DNA of 63,998 nucleotides, the filler included, from Nemertoderma westbladi (taxonomy: Eukaryota > Animalia > Xenacoelomorpha): NCBI GenBank assembly GCA_032718475.1. It is 3 parts of 3 records of this genome, joined end to end, with 100 filler letters (N's around TTAATTAATTAA, not from the genome) between each part and the next. Parts side by side here need not be neighbours in the genome. Positions count along the whole stretch, not along the records: positions 20,348 to 38,569 come from JAUCBJ010003065.1; positions 38,670 to 63,998 come from JAUCBJ010001694.1; 1 more part is not named here. One strand, written 5' to 3'. A program made the translations under genes and the position numbers. Below are positions 35,060 through 48,143 of the stretch, piece after piece. The notes under the pieces are model-generated. The model saw only the letters and a list, made by a program, of their open reading frames with translations. It ran no database searches and was not told the DNA's origin. How positions within the stretch are numbered: position 1 is the stretch's first letter; each line of letters begins with the position of its first letter.

Positions 35060-37410
35060 TAGTTAGTTAGTTTATTGACATAAAGTTAGATTGTATATAA
35101 ATGAGATAAGCAATTATTAACCAGCACAACACCACTTTACGTCCTGATATTAATAATATACATGTTATACATAATCATCAAAATAATAATTCCTACTGTA
35201 ATTTAATAAAATAAACATTTAAATATAATTAGCACAAGATTATTTTAATTGACACATTACTAATGCCTCATTACTAATACTAATGTATTGATGCTATCAA
35301 TCGAATAATTTTGAACCTCGTATACAAAAACAGCTTAATATACAGACATTACTGACTCTATATACGTACACAATTGTTCAATATTATCCATATTACCATT
35401 GAAAAAGATACTTATATTTTGCATATTTAACTGTGGGTACTGTCTGCGTATTGGTAGTGATATTGGGCAATGTAACAGTGTGTGCACTTCGTCCTGAACG
35501 GATTTGTTATCACAGGGACACACTCGCTCCTCGTGTGGGATCCGTGACCATCGCCCTCGTTCTACAAACAGGTTGTGCGACATTAATCGCATTCTGCTGA
35601 AGTGCACCCTAATATAATCCGGTACATACGGGGATTTCAGGCTGTAAATCGAGTGGCATGTCAGGTCCATATTCAGTGACGTCCTGTATGTGACAAACTT
35701 GGTCGCCGTGCTTGGCTTCTTGCGTATTCTAGTAAGAATGTCGCTGTTAGTCGGGCTTGGTTCGGACCACGCCATAGCACACTTTATCATGTTGTACCCT
35801 GGTGAGTTTACATTCTTACAAATAGTAAGTGCCTGTCGGAAAGGTGTGTCCTCTGGTAGCGTATGTAGAGCTTTCTGTAGGAACCGTTTGCGGTATTTCA
35901 TTATGCGTGTTTGAATGGAAGGCATCCCTACTTCTATTAAACAAATGTCGGTCGGGGTTTGTTCCCGTACACCTAATAATATTTTTATCATACGGCCATA
36001 AAATATATCTAAACTCTTAGTATTATTAGTTAACCAGCCTTCGCAACCATATAGGAATGCTGTAGCTACTGCAGCCTCAAACACCTGCTTTTTAACACAA
36101 AAAGCAATATTTGTATTGTGCGCACAAAATATAGAAAATTAATTTACAATCTCCTCGCACCGAGTTTTATGTAGATTAAAAACTGAGTTGAATTTACCAT
36201 CTTCTGTAAAAATAGATCCAAGATAGGTGTATGTAGTACAATGGTTAACTGTTACGTCATTTACAACTAGAGGAGTTCTATCGTACATTGCACCATTAAC
36301 AACGAAAAACTTTGTCTTTTTTACATTTATCTTCATACCAGACTCTTTACAAAAAGCTATAAGAGCACCCAATTTACGCAGGCACAAATTACGGTTAGTA
36401 GAAAGAATTATAGTATCATCCATTAGTAACATAATATGCAAAATACCCAAATAACCATCCTGGGTTACAGTATTACACACCATTGTTACCAGATTGTCAA
36501 TATATAAGCTAAATAATATTACACTAGTAGCTGCACCTTGTCTTACGCCTATGGCTGTACATATTATAGCGGATTTCAATATACTTTTAGTACATGTATA
36601 AGTAGCTAAGATTGCCATTAACATTACTTTTCCACAACCCAATTTTCTTAATCTTTCAATAAGTTTCATTCTAGGTATATTATCGTAAGCCTTTGAGAAA
36701 TCTACAAATAGTACAAAAAGTTTCTCCCTTTTAAAAATCGCATAATCTATAAGTAGACGCAGTGCTAATATATGTTCAGTGCAACTGCGGTTTTTTCTAC
36801 CCCCTGCCTGACACCTACTTATATTGCACCATAAGGACAGTCTAGCTGATAATAACATATCATAAATCTTAGCACAGGTCTCCATAATTGATATACCTCT
36901 GTAATTACCACAAATAGCTCGGCTCCCCGATTTGAAAATTATTATTAATTTACTGTAGCACCACGATGTGGGGTACGCCCCAAATTTAAACACGAAATTA
37001 AAAAATGCAAGAAAAAATATAAGCCAATTACCAGGTAGCGAAGTGAACAATCCAAGTGCGACACCTATGTAACTTTTATTTATTTTTATTTCACTTAAAA
37101 CTTCCGCAAATTCCTTTTCTGACAACGGATCATCTAGAATCGGAACATATGGAGCGGTTGAAAATTCGTCAGTCATATGCACTGTTTCCGCAGATGGAGG
37201 ATTCAGTAACGCTTCAAAATGGCTTTTAAATTGGTTGTCATCTGGCATACTCTCTCTCCTGGGTTTTAGTTTATCAATTTCACCTTTCCAGTTTACTGCA
37301 TGCCAGATTAATTTAGGGTCATTCAAAGAAACTAGCCTCGCCCACCGATCATTATTAGATTCAGGTAGATTAACATTGTGTATACAATCGTATTGCTTTT
37401 TAACTTTATA
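35060..37410 (-). mobile_element. 5'-truncated LINE (RTEX/L2-group-like RT)
   Basis: NYRGIS, FVDFSKAYD, GVRQG, LMDD; C-terminal RL.SH.L..E.GRW...R.CPC...DE.H...C; one in-frame stop at 36139; AATAAA plus (CTAA)n tail near 35060-35076. Confidence 0.85.
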
Positions 37411-37540
37411 CACGGCGGGGACGCGTAGATAGAATACCCAAACGGATAAACCGGGATCCGTAGATCCCGTCACAGTGATAGAACTAGATCCAACCAACTG
37501 CCCTGACAGACTGTGGCTGCCAGCCACCAAAGAAGACAAG

Positions 37541-38569
37541 ATGAGTAGAGGAGGAGAAGCAACACCGCCGCGGACCCCGGACGACGATCTAACGATCCGC
37601 GAGGCCACGGCGAGACGGCATCAACCCACGACGCTGGACCCATCGATAACGGGCCATCTGGCGATCCAAGATGAGGGGGGCCGTCTACAAAGAGAGGACG
37701 AGTCGGGAGTCGAAAGGGAGAAAGACGAGTCGACGCGGAGCGAGGGTCGACGTACCGATGTCGCCGGTCAGCCACAGACCGAGGGCGACGGACGGCCCAC
37801 CGGAACGGCGATGGTGGGGCCGCCGGTACGACGTCGGACCCGGAGAGATGGAGGAGAGGTCGGCGACGAGGACGTCGGGGTTTCTGATCGACTTCGACGG
37901 GCCTACGCCGCGACCCGGGAGCAACTGAAGGAAGCTAGAGGAGGGGCTGAGATAGACCAGGTGAAGCTGAGGAGACGACTAGGTGAGTCGAACAGATACT
38001 TTGATTACCTATTGCATTCTGGGCAGGGAGAACTAGCCGAGGAGAGGGCGAGGGGAGTTGCCAACGAACTGTTTGAACTATGGGAATGTGGGGGTATGGA
38101 ACCTAGCGTAGTGTACATAGGGCCATACTTAGTCGATGCCCGGGGAGTAAAATTAGTGGGTTGGAGGAGACCACAGGAGGGCGAATCCGAGGCTAACCCC
38201 AAGGATTCGGCCTCGTCGGTCGGAGGAAGTTCTGGGAGGCGGGGGAAAGTTAGTAGGACGGGAAGGCGGAGGGAATCCGTCGCAACCGATAAGTCTGCTA
38301 CATCCTCCGAAAAAGAAAGAAGGGTGCGGAGAAAAAATCTAGAGTATAAATTAAAAATGGCGGCGGCAGAGCGGAAACAGTTGGAGGGGCGACTGAGGGA
38401 GGAAACCGCATTATCAGAGTTGATAAGGGAGGATAGAGAGAAGGCCGAGGAGCATAGAGATCGGGAGAGGAGAATAGAGAGCGAGCCGGCGAGGCGGTCT
38501 GAGGTGCTTGCGAGAGAGACGGCCGAGCGAGATTTGCGAGTGTGCAGAGAGAGAGAGATAGAGAAAGAA
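37541..38569 (+). CDS. Probable BEL/Pao Gag N-terminus, cut by the gap
   Basis: Long open GC-rich frame with a Ser/Arg-rich stretch followed by an E/R coiled coil, as in BEL Gag; no diagnostic motif is reached. Confidence 0.45.
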
Positions 38570-38669
38570 NNNNNNNNNNNNNNNNNNNNNNNNNNNNNNN
38601 NNNNNNNNNNNNNTTAATTAATTAANNNNNNNNNNNNNNNNNNNNNNNNNNNNNNNNNNNNNNNNNNNN
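38570..38669. other. Artificial contig spacer
   Basis: N44 + TTAATTAATTAA + N44. Confidence 0.97.
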
Positions 38670-39089
38670 ACTTCTCGCCCAATCGATCTGGTGTTCTTCC
38701 ACCACGATCAATATCCTAGTGAGTACGGCTGCAGGAAGGATGAGAAGGGGATCCGAATAAACCGCATCCGTCATCCTTGCTCCGCGCTCGGGTGTCAGCT
38801 CTACAGTATCTTCACTACTGGAGCTGTCGGGCCGCTGAGAAATAAGTTCTTGGCTCGCGGGTTGTTGCTGTTCCGCTGCTTCTTGGTCCCGCTTGACCTG
38901 AGCTCGAGTGCCTATGATAGACCTACGGTGTTGGACCAGCCTAGGTTCTGTTATTACTACTGGAGGGATGACCTTCCTCACAGTGGGAGGTGAACTGAAC
39001 TTAGGACTAGACGGTTCTACACCCTTATCTGAGTCGCAGATAGTTACATCTAATAAACTGTCTGACAGGTTCTGCTTAGTATCAGACAT
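38670..39089 (-). CDS. N-terminus of an unknown, possibly Gag-like protein, cut by the gap
   Basis: ATG-initiated low-complexity ORF preceded by a long repeat-containing leader; no diagnostic motif. Confidence 0.35.
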
Positions 39090-40419
39090 GTTTGTTTACC
39101 CAGTTGAATGCCTACTGCTATATTACAGTCTAAGCAAGTCCAGAAATTCAGTATTAACTGCTAGCCTAGTAATTAATTACCGATACTGCTACTCAGTGTA
39201 GCGTGATATATAATATTAGAATACCGGTATGCTTATGGTATATATAAGTATTATTACAGACTAGGTTTTTCACAGAAACCGGTATATAATTTTAGCACAA
39301 ATATATATAAATATATAATAGGCCTATCGTGGATACCGGTATGCAGTTTACACCTATAGTATATATAAGTATAATTATTAACTAGAATTAATTACAGAAT
39401 ACCGGTATGATTTCAGCACAAATATAAATATATAATAGGCCTATCGTGGATACCGGTATATCAATTATTTTAAATAATTGAATTTCTGAATTTTAAGGGT
39501 TACTTGGGTACTTTAACTTACTTTATTACCATTATTTAAGCAGTAGTCCAACTGATATTGAGACCTAATTGTTGTATGGCAGGCCTACTATTTATAAATC
39601 GTTTGAGTTGATTTATAATATATATATACCCGTTGAAATGGGTTTTTGTCAATGTTTGAAATAAATGTTATTATTTCTGGGGGAGTCACTACACATAAGC
39701 TGTGCGCTCTCAGTGGAGTGCTACTTGTTAGACACTAAAACAAATAATTCTAATTTACCTAAGTTACTTAATACTACAAATTACTTACAATTCGGGTTGA
39801 GATTACAATCTCTAAATAAACACAAAAACTTAATTACAAATACACAAATACAAATTTTTAGGGTAATTTTACAAGAAGTCTACTAACCAGCCTAACAAAG
39901 GGTTAGAATATCTGGTTATTACAACGGACAGGTTACTACGGTATTTGAAAGTAACAAGTAGTAGTAAATATACTGCGTTGTCCAGATAGGAAAATACCAC
40001 CGCCTGACGACCTATAACCGTATCGCTATAGGTACTACGTTATGTATCACGGAGTGTCCCTACCTAGAAGTTAATTACCGCGGTCTACCAGAACCAACGT
40101 GCCTATTAACCACTTTACAACACAAATACACTGCCTACACACTAATTGCTTTCGGAAAGCACTGTACACTAAACCCTAAATTAGGTACAAGTACTTGTAC
40201 AACAAATAATTAGTAGTTAAAAATACTTGAACAGCTAAAAGAACCACGGTATCTGCCGGAGTGACCAAAGCACAAAATTTCCAGTCTTTACCTACGCCGA
40301 GCAGCCCTGATGTAGTACCGGGGTTAGTTTAACTATAACGGTATGTATAACAAGCACAATTACTGTAGGAATAAACTTGGGGATATGAATGTTGCGAATA
40401 ATCGCATAAACTCTGAATA

Positions 40420-40995
40420 ATAAATATTACGCTACGCGTACAAACTACTCAAACAAAATGCCGACCAAATACTGACAGACTACTATCAAGCCTAAACAAA
40501 CTACGGTATATGCAGACTCCGAAATGGTTAGTTAGTATGCGTTCTAACCTAGTAGTACGACTTATTCTTTCAGAGGGGGTTTACCTCACAGCACTGGAAG
40601 CCCCTACGTTCCCAACTGGCACTTTATCGGACATACACTCTACACACACCGAAATTTCCTCAGACCTAGCAACAGCCAGACAACTATCCAGCCTACAAAT
40701 TATCTAAATAAAATTATACGCTACCCGTACAGACTACACAAACAAAGTACAGACTAAACGATGGCAGACTACTATCAAGCCTAAATAAACCACAGGACAT
40801 GCAGACTCCGAAATGGTTAAGTAGTATGCATTCTAACCCAGTAGTACGACTTATTCTTTAGATGGGGGTTTACCTTACAGCTATGGCTGCCCCTACTTCC
40901 TAACCGTTCTTTATCGGACATACACTCTACATGCACTGCAATCCGTTCAGACCTAATCAACAGTTAGCCAACAGTCAAGCCTACAAATTATCTGT
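40420..40995. repeat. Diverged ~290-bp tandem duplication
   Basis: Shared blocks CAGACTACTATCAAGCCTAAA, ATGCAGACTCCGAAATGGTTA and TTTATCGGACATACACTCTACA each occur twice. Confidence 0.9.
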
Positions 40996-43026
40996 ACAAT
41001 CTGAGCAGGCTTACACGCCTTCTGCTCAATACTGGCCTACAAATAAATAAAACTGACAGAAATAAGTAAGCTCCAAAAGAAACAAGGGGTGTACAGTCCC
41101 TAATCTCTTAAACAGCCTACCGGTATACAATACCACAATTGAATAATACTGCTGTACCTGTACCGTAAGTAGGTACCGGTCCGGATGATCAGGCAGTCAG
41201 GCCTACTGGTTACCGGTCGACCGGTACTTTCGACTAGATTGCTTACACCGCAATCTAGAAGCAATATCTGTTATTGTTTGCGCTTTTAAGACCTTTGACA
41301 GTTTAACCTGCCAAAATTAGAATGTCTTTTGGATGATATCTAGTCTTTAGCCTATGATGAGTATTTGATACACTACATTAGCCGAAGTCAGTCTATGCGC
41401 AATCATTCACCCGCTGGATATACCCGGGAGACGGAGTTCGGAGCTTAATGATTGATGGTGTAAGCCTACCGTATTATTCGACGGATCGTAATATATAATC
41501 TCTGACAAATATTATTCACTTTCGGGAAATATTAACAGTTCCTTTAGGACGTGGCGCTCTAAATATATAAACAGAGTTATGACTTAAACTAGACACAACA
41601 AAAAGGCTATAGATTCACGTATATGGCGCATTCTTTAGGAGATGCTTTGTTATCAGTTACACTCATACACAATGCTGCACAATACTGCACACTAATCTGC
41701 CGACCTTCACTAAATTTAGTCACGTATAAAGAGAGCAACAGACAATTTATGTCGGGCATATGAAATAGCATTAGATTCACTTCAAACCACTTAACATAGG
41801 TCGCAATCGTTTATCTGTAACCGGTCTCTCTAACCTTTAGTATATCAAGAAGGTTGGGCGTCTGACTATTGATCAGTATTCCGATATAATATTTCATCAA
41901 CAAATATAATGAATAACCGACAGCAAAAGCAGTAATGTTAAGTAAGATATGTATGATATGTTTAGTTATGGTTTGTTGAGTAAGCATTGATAAGGTAACT
42001 CGTTTGCATTGGTATGGTTAGGTTAGATAACAGATATACGTTCTATAATTAAGCCTACTAATGTAAAGCTAAAGAATGCTGATATACGGAGGTGCCAAAA
42101 GCCGATGTTCTTAGGCTCTGGGCAAAAACATAACACTGAATTACTGAGTTCTGTATCCACTTCCAACACAGAGACAAAAAACGCTCTGATTGGTCAACCG
42201 AACAACGAGAGAACAAAGAAACAAAGAAATGTCGACGTGGCAATATCAGCTGTTAGCCGTCGTCATGGTAGCGACACTGTTTTCAAGAGTATCTAGCTTA
42301 TCGCGTCACGAGATTGCGGATTATGTCCTCTAAAGTACAAATACAGAAGAAATGACTTTTATGTCCTCTAAAACACCAGTACAGCAAGGACACGGCCTTT
42401 TTATGCCTGGCAAACCAACTACAGAGTACTTTAAGGGAAAATAACCGGTTAATTACGCAAAAGCTTTTACAGAGTACAATTTATGGTGCGAATTGGTGCT
42501 TATATTTGTGTGGGTATGTGGGTTTGGCCCCAATTTATAAAGTAACATTATATACATGAAAGCTAGAACCGTTAAGGTTCACGAGTCAGCAAGTTTCACT
42601 TAAATACTTGGAATTTAATTTGGGTGGGGAGGGGGGAGGGGGGGGGGGGTGGGGGGTCGATGAATATTTTATTGGTGGTTTATGCTTAGTTCTCGAGATA
42701 CCCTTCTACTCTCTCCTCAAAAATCCTGAAACCAGTTCAGGTAAGTGTGTTGGATTGGCTGTGTTAGAATGGCCGGGTTGGTTTGAGTACTCCTACAGAC
42801 ATTACCCTCCCTGTCAGTGTGTGGTCCATACATCCGGTAAGCAACCGAAGGTGCACTCTCTAAAGCCGAGTGGGGGCAATTTATAATAATAACAAGTAAT
42901 CACGAACCCCGTCCTCTTATAAGTTATCATAATTTTTTGGTAAAGAAGATGGTTTTAGACCTAATTTATAAAGTAACATTATTATTAATGCAACGTCATA
43001 GACAAAGTTGAAGATATGGATTAATA

Positions 43027-43121
43027 ATTAACTTATCCTTTATTAACTTATCCTTTATTAACTTATTCTTTATTAACTTATCCTTTATTAACTTATTCTT
43101 TATTAACTGATCCTTTATTAA
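43027..43121. repeat. 15-bp tandem repeat (ATTAACTTATCCTTT)
   Basis: About 6 copies. Confidence 0.9.
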
Positions 43122-43699
43122 TACTACTTACATCAATGTGCCAATTGTAATAATAATGAAACATTTTCCAGTTAATACGGGTTTCACCCCGTTTGATATT
43201 ATACTGCGGCATTATATATTAATATAACCTCGCAAGGAAACAAGAAGTAAAGCAAATGTTTCTTATCTTAGATTTAGAGTGATTTTAGAGATTTAGAGTT
43301 TAGTGATTGATTAGAGAAGTAAAAAATATGCCAGTACTTGCCTTTTGATCAGATAATCAAAACGTCTTTAGTATAGTACCATAATAATATCAATTAGCAA
43401 TCTGTTATACAATATAAATACTAAAATCGATTTTTCAAATATATTATGAGCCCAACATTGTATATTTATCCTACAGGTGGAGAATCTAGTTTATTAGAAC
43501 TTCATATAATTTGGTATAATGTATAATATATTATAAATAAGACTGAGGTACCTAAACTATATTGAATATAAATCAAATACCCGAAAGTAATATACTAGCC
43601 CCTCCCTCCACCCTATAAATAGTGTTTGCCACCTACCCCGCCCACCACCCTTGGCGCTCCGGTCACTCCGTTCCCTCCGCGGGAGGGTTAAGTAGTCGA

Positions 43700-45861
43700 T
43701 TTTGATACTATGCAAAATCCGAGAACAGCGTTAGAAGCACATTGGATAGGCGAACATTTCTTGGGGTGAAAGTATTTTCATACATATTATAGTTTTCAAG
43801 ATAGTCAGACATGAGTAGCAAAAATTTGAATTTTTTTTGGTAAAGTCTGATTTTACTGGTACCTGTCATCCGAAATATGGATTGTAATACATCGTTAGAT
43901 GCGGGTCCCCTAACTGTACAATCACATTTTTTCAAAAAAAAATTCCATCAACGGTTCTCAAAATATTATCGAATTACCGAAAGCAGACTTTGGACGAACA
44001 TATCTCCGGTACCGGTAGGCCTATTGAGTTGAATTTTTTTTTAACTTACTTAGAACGGTCCATTAAAAGTTTCTTAGTTTGAAAATTTTGTCTGAAAAGG
44101 CTTACATCAAAATTCTAAAAAACTGATCTTTTGCGATCATGGTGATCAGGGTCAAAGTTGTTAATATCTCGAAAACTATTGACCGTTGTACAAATCTGAA
44201 TACATCGTTAGAAGCGCATTGGATAGGCAGGGGCGAAAGTATTTTCATACCTGTTATAGTTTTAGAGAAAGTCAGACATGAGTATAAAAAATTTGAATTT
44301 TTTTTGGTAAAGTCTGATTTTACCGGTACGTGTCATGCGAAATATGGATTGTGATATATCGTTAGATGCGGGTCCACTAACTGTACATTCACATATTTTC
44401 AAGGAAAAAATTCGATCAAGGGTTTTCGAAATATTTTGGAATTACCGGAAGCAGACTTTGAACGACCATATCTCCGGTACCGGTAGGCCTATTGAGTCGA
44501 AATTTTTTAAAATCTACTTAGAACACTCCAGTGAATGTTTTTTAGTTTGAAAGTTTTGCCCCAAAATGCTTAGAAGTAATTTCGAAAAAACTGATCTTTT
44601 CGCGATCATGATCTTTTGACCCTCTAGAATTGAACTTTTTATGCCCAGATTTTGGCTACCCCCCCTAATTCGAGGGTGAGGAATCTTTTTGTGATGTTAA
44701 GTTTTTCCATACGGTGAACTCACGGGACTTGGTCTTCGAAATAAAATCGAAAACATGATCTTTCCTGATCACGGCCTGATCAAATCGCTTTTTGAAAATT
44801 TCGAAATGCACAAAAGTTTCCCCTTCTTAATAGAAGTCGTTTAGTAAAAAAAAAATTGGGGGTCTCAAACAAAGTTTTCGAGAAAATTTCAAAAAACCGA
44901 AAAACACGATCTTTAATGATCAGGTATCAGATCTCGAGAACCGGTTGTCCGATCGAGCCAATTTTTTTTTTAATCAACTCAGAATGGTCCAGTAAACATT
45001 TCCTACAATGAATGTTTATTAGAAAAATGCTTAGATTCAATTTTAAAAGTACTGATCTTTTCGCGATCATGATCTTGAGTTTTGACCCACTAGACTTGAA
45101 CTTTTTTATGCCCAAATTTTGGCTACCCCCCATAATTCGAGGGTTGAACTTTCGCCAACTTTGAAGAATTGTTGCGGACTGTATTTCTGTCTGACCAGAA
45201 ACGAAATGTCACATTAAGGAGGCGGGGGCGGGATTGTGTTCCGAGGTCGAGAGTACCAAGGCGTCGGCACCTTTCGAATTGGATTTCGCTGCAGCCTATA
45301 GCATCTAAGAGATTACGGATAACATCCTTATCGGGTATTGAATCCGATTCCGAGATTCCACAGAAAATAAGGTGTTTCAGTCGCTCGTCTTTGTCATTTC
45401 TCGCAATTATCTTCTGTTGCTCGGTAACAATGTTTTTGAGTACACCAACTTCCCGGGTTAATTCGTCTGACTTCGCTTCTGCGTTTAAAGCCCTGGACTC
45501 CAGGGCAGAAATTATCTTATCCTGTTCCTCGAAGCGAGTGTTAATTGTATCCAGTTTATTGTTTATTGGTGTAAGCTTTATGTCTAATATGTTTAGCAGT
45601 TTCGCCCAGTAGTCATCTGGGACTTGAGCCTTGTCGGGTTCCGAGTTTCGACACTCTTCACAGACTCCTATAAATCGACCCGACTTTGGTAGCACAGTTT
45701 TGGATTCACCACATTTCTTACAGTCAGGCATATTTAACAATTACAATCAGTACGTTACAGCAGTACAGCACACAGCTACAGTATTAGTATCTATAGTATT
45801 TATTAATAGATACTACTGTCGACTAGGAAGCCAGGCGCGCGAAGCGCGCCAGGTTTGCTAG
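43700..45861 (+). mobile_element. Non-autonomous Helitron with internal ~475-bp repeats; 5' end uncertain
   Basis: 3' hairpin GGCGCGC-GAA-GCGCGCC (45834-45850), then 7 nt and CTAG|T; repeated blocks at ~43726, ~44200 and ~44930. Confidence 0.6.
45147..45731 (-). pseudogene. LINE ORF1-like protein fragment (CxxC...CxxC, coiled coil, RRM-like), 3' truncated
   Basis: HLIFCGISE...RRLG...RPRLLNVTF matches the L2/CR1-type ORF1 pattern; runs into Helitron repeat sequence near 45146. Confidence 0.75.
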
Positions 45862-46462
45862 TACAATGTATTAATTCCACCAACGACTCATATTATAGAC
45901 TATTTTCTAATAACCTGAGACCGTCACGAGCCCGTGTATATCAAGACCTAGCACATGGCGCATAGAATACGACTCAGCTATCCTGACACCCATGTAGTTA
46001 GTATTTGAACCAATCCAAAGGAGTCCCTTGAACCGCAATATAATGATCCGCAGTGGCAAATGCGGCACTTAACTCTAATAATATCAAAAGGACTGTGGAA
46101 CCAAAATCAATATCGCGCAATATATTGTTGTTTTTGTTTTGAGGAAATCGCATTTAGTTGGATTTCGGTTAATAGATTTTAGTTTTATTATCTCACTATA
46201 CCCCATATTTTATGGAGATTTCAAATCTTAGTCAAATCTATCAGCTATATATAATGATCGGGGATATCTTATATTTTATTTTGAAATAAATTTAGGAATG
46301 AATTTCCCAACATTTTATCATTGTCATTTTGACGTTTTCATTTTTGAGGTACATAATTTTACTAATAACTGTGAAAAGGCATCTTTTTCATCCCACAAAT
46401 GAGTTTTATGATATTGCTATAGTAAGCTTCCTCGACCGACTGTAATTTCAGAGACCACCTAA

Positions 46463-46769
46463 AGCCCCGTTCACATCCAACGGTGCGTGAACGGTAAAGT
46501 AGTCTGGCGGTATTGAAGCGGTAAGCCAGGGGTACACTACCCGGAGCCCGTTCACACCCAACGGTACCGTTGCGGTAACTGATTGTCTATCTGTGGACTG
46601 TGAATTCAACAGGAAATTACATTAATTGTTTTAACATTGTTTAAATGGGCTGCGGTAAACCGCGCGGTTTAGCGCACAACTACCTGTTCGGTCGTTCACA
46701 GTCAGCGGTGTACCGCTGGCCCTGCGGTACACCGCGCGGTGTACCGTTCCGTTGGATGTGAACGGGCCT
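46463..46769. mobile_element. PIF/Harbinger-type MITE
   Basis: TIR AG(C/G)CCCGTTCACATCCAACGG at both ends, flanked by TAA and TTA. Confidence 0.75.
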
Positions 46770-47408
46770 TTACATTGTTAACGATTTACAATACCATATG
46801 TTGCTAATTTTAACTTCCAAATCTGCCTTCTAGCTGGCGTTTTGTTTTTCCACTGTAATGCCCAGATAGTGGCACACTTTGACCGCAAGTGAAAATAGCG
46901 ATCTTCAGCGCAAATTGACCGCAAGAGAAATAATGAATAGTTTATTGTTTTGATTAGAAAACCTGGCTGTAACCGGCTCCTTTCCGCTAATGTTTTTAAT
47001 TTAATTAAATTACACGTAATTTTTCGAACCCAAAGTAATTATAAAATGAACATCGATTGCATGAGGTTTCTTTAACGTTCAATATCTCTTTATATAACGT
47101 AATATCAACGGCCAACATGAAAGTTAATTGTAATTTCTGCCGTGGGTTAAATTATGTGTTGAGTTGTGGGCCACGGTACGTCTACATAATGCAAAATCAC
47201 CATCAATTTTCTTCATAAAACAATTAGAATTTTAATCAGATATGAAAGAGTTGTCGTTACTGTAGGTACTTTATACATATTATAATAAAATTAATTAGTC
47301 ATTGTAGGGCCTAACGGAGAGTATTGAAAAATTCATGTTTTTAACTCAAAGTAATTCAAGTAAATATATTAACCAATTCGACCACTAGGGGGAGCTAAAA
47401 CTGTATAA

Positions 47409-48143
47409 TTATTTACTTTCCACAATTATATCATCCGGGCCCGACCCAATCGTATCCACACCAGATCCGATCTGATCCGGTTCGGAAAGAGTATCTTTAC
47501 TTCCCTTCCGACACACCGGGTTCACTATTCCTTCACGACTACTGGCCCTGACCTCCCGTCCAGGGATCCCGGGTTCGACCCCTACGAACTCAATGTCCCG
47601 GGGGGCGACCCGCTCAGGGGGGCGGTGCAGCTTACCCGCGGGTTCACCCTTGGGGGGCAACTCGGACGGGGACCATTTCTCGCCCCGAATTGCCGCGACT
47701 AGGTAGACCCCGGAAGTCAGTAGCAAACAAACCCCCGCCGATACAGTCACTAAGTAATAACTCATTGAAGCAGCGAGCAACAAAAATACAACGAATCGTA
47801 AGAAATAATTCCTAGATATAAACCCAAGACGGACCATAAACGGTCGTAACACCGACTGATATCTACGCTTTAGCGTTCGACCAGTGGATTTTTTGCTTCT
47901 TGAATATTCCATGAGACATACGAGTAGACCCTCTCCAATCGCGGCCACGCTGTACACCCAATTATGCGCCAATCCAACCAATCCTGATACAATAAGGGCC
48001 ACTCCGCTGAATAAACCCAGCTCATTAGCCCACATGGCCCATTCGAGTTTCCGAGGTTTCTTTCGCTTCGCGCCGTAAACCGGTTCGGTAATGATGTTAG
48101 TTGTCGAGGTTGCTTCCGACTTGTACGAGTAAATATTCAGCAT
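47409..48143 (-). CDS. CYBA: Cytochrome b-245 light chain (p22phox) homologue, single exon
   Basis: EWAMWANE, VCLMEY.R.K, RNY..R and SGVYLVAAIRGEKW.P match p22phox motifs in the right order. Confidence 0.92.
   Translation of the reverse strand: MLNIYSYKSEATSTTNIITEPVYGAKRKKPRKLEWAMWANELGLFSGVALIVSGLVGLAHNWVYSVAAIGEGLLVCLMEYSRSKKSTGRTLKRRYQSVLRPFMVRLGFISRNYFLRFVVFLLLAASMSYYLVTVSAGVCLLLTSGVYLVAAIRGEKWSPSELPPKGEPAGKLHRPPERVAPRDIEFVGVEPGIPGREVRASSREGIVNPVCRKGSKDTLSEPDQIGSGVDTIGSGPDDIIVESK

Noticed and set aside
37411-37608. N-terminal ~65 aa of the 489-aa RT ORF
   Set aside because: Read-through from flanking antisense sequence beyond the LINE's 5' truncation point.
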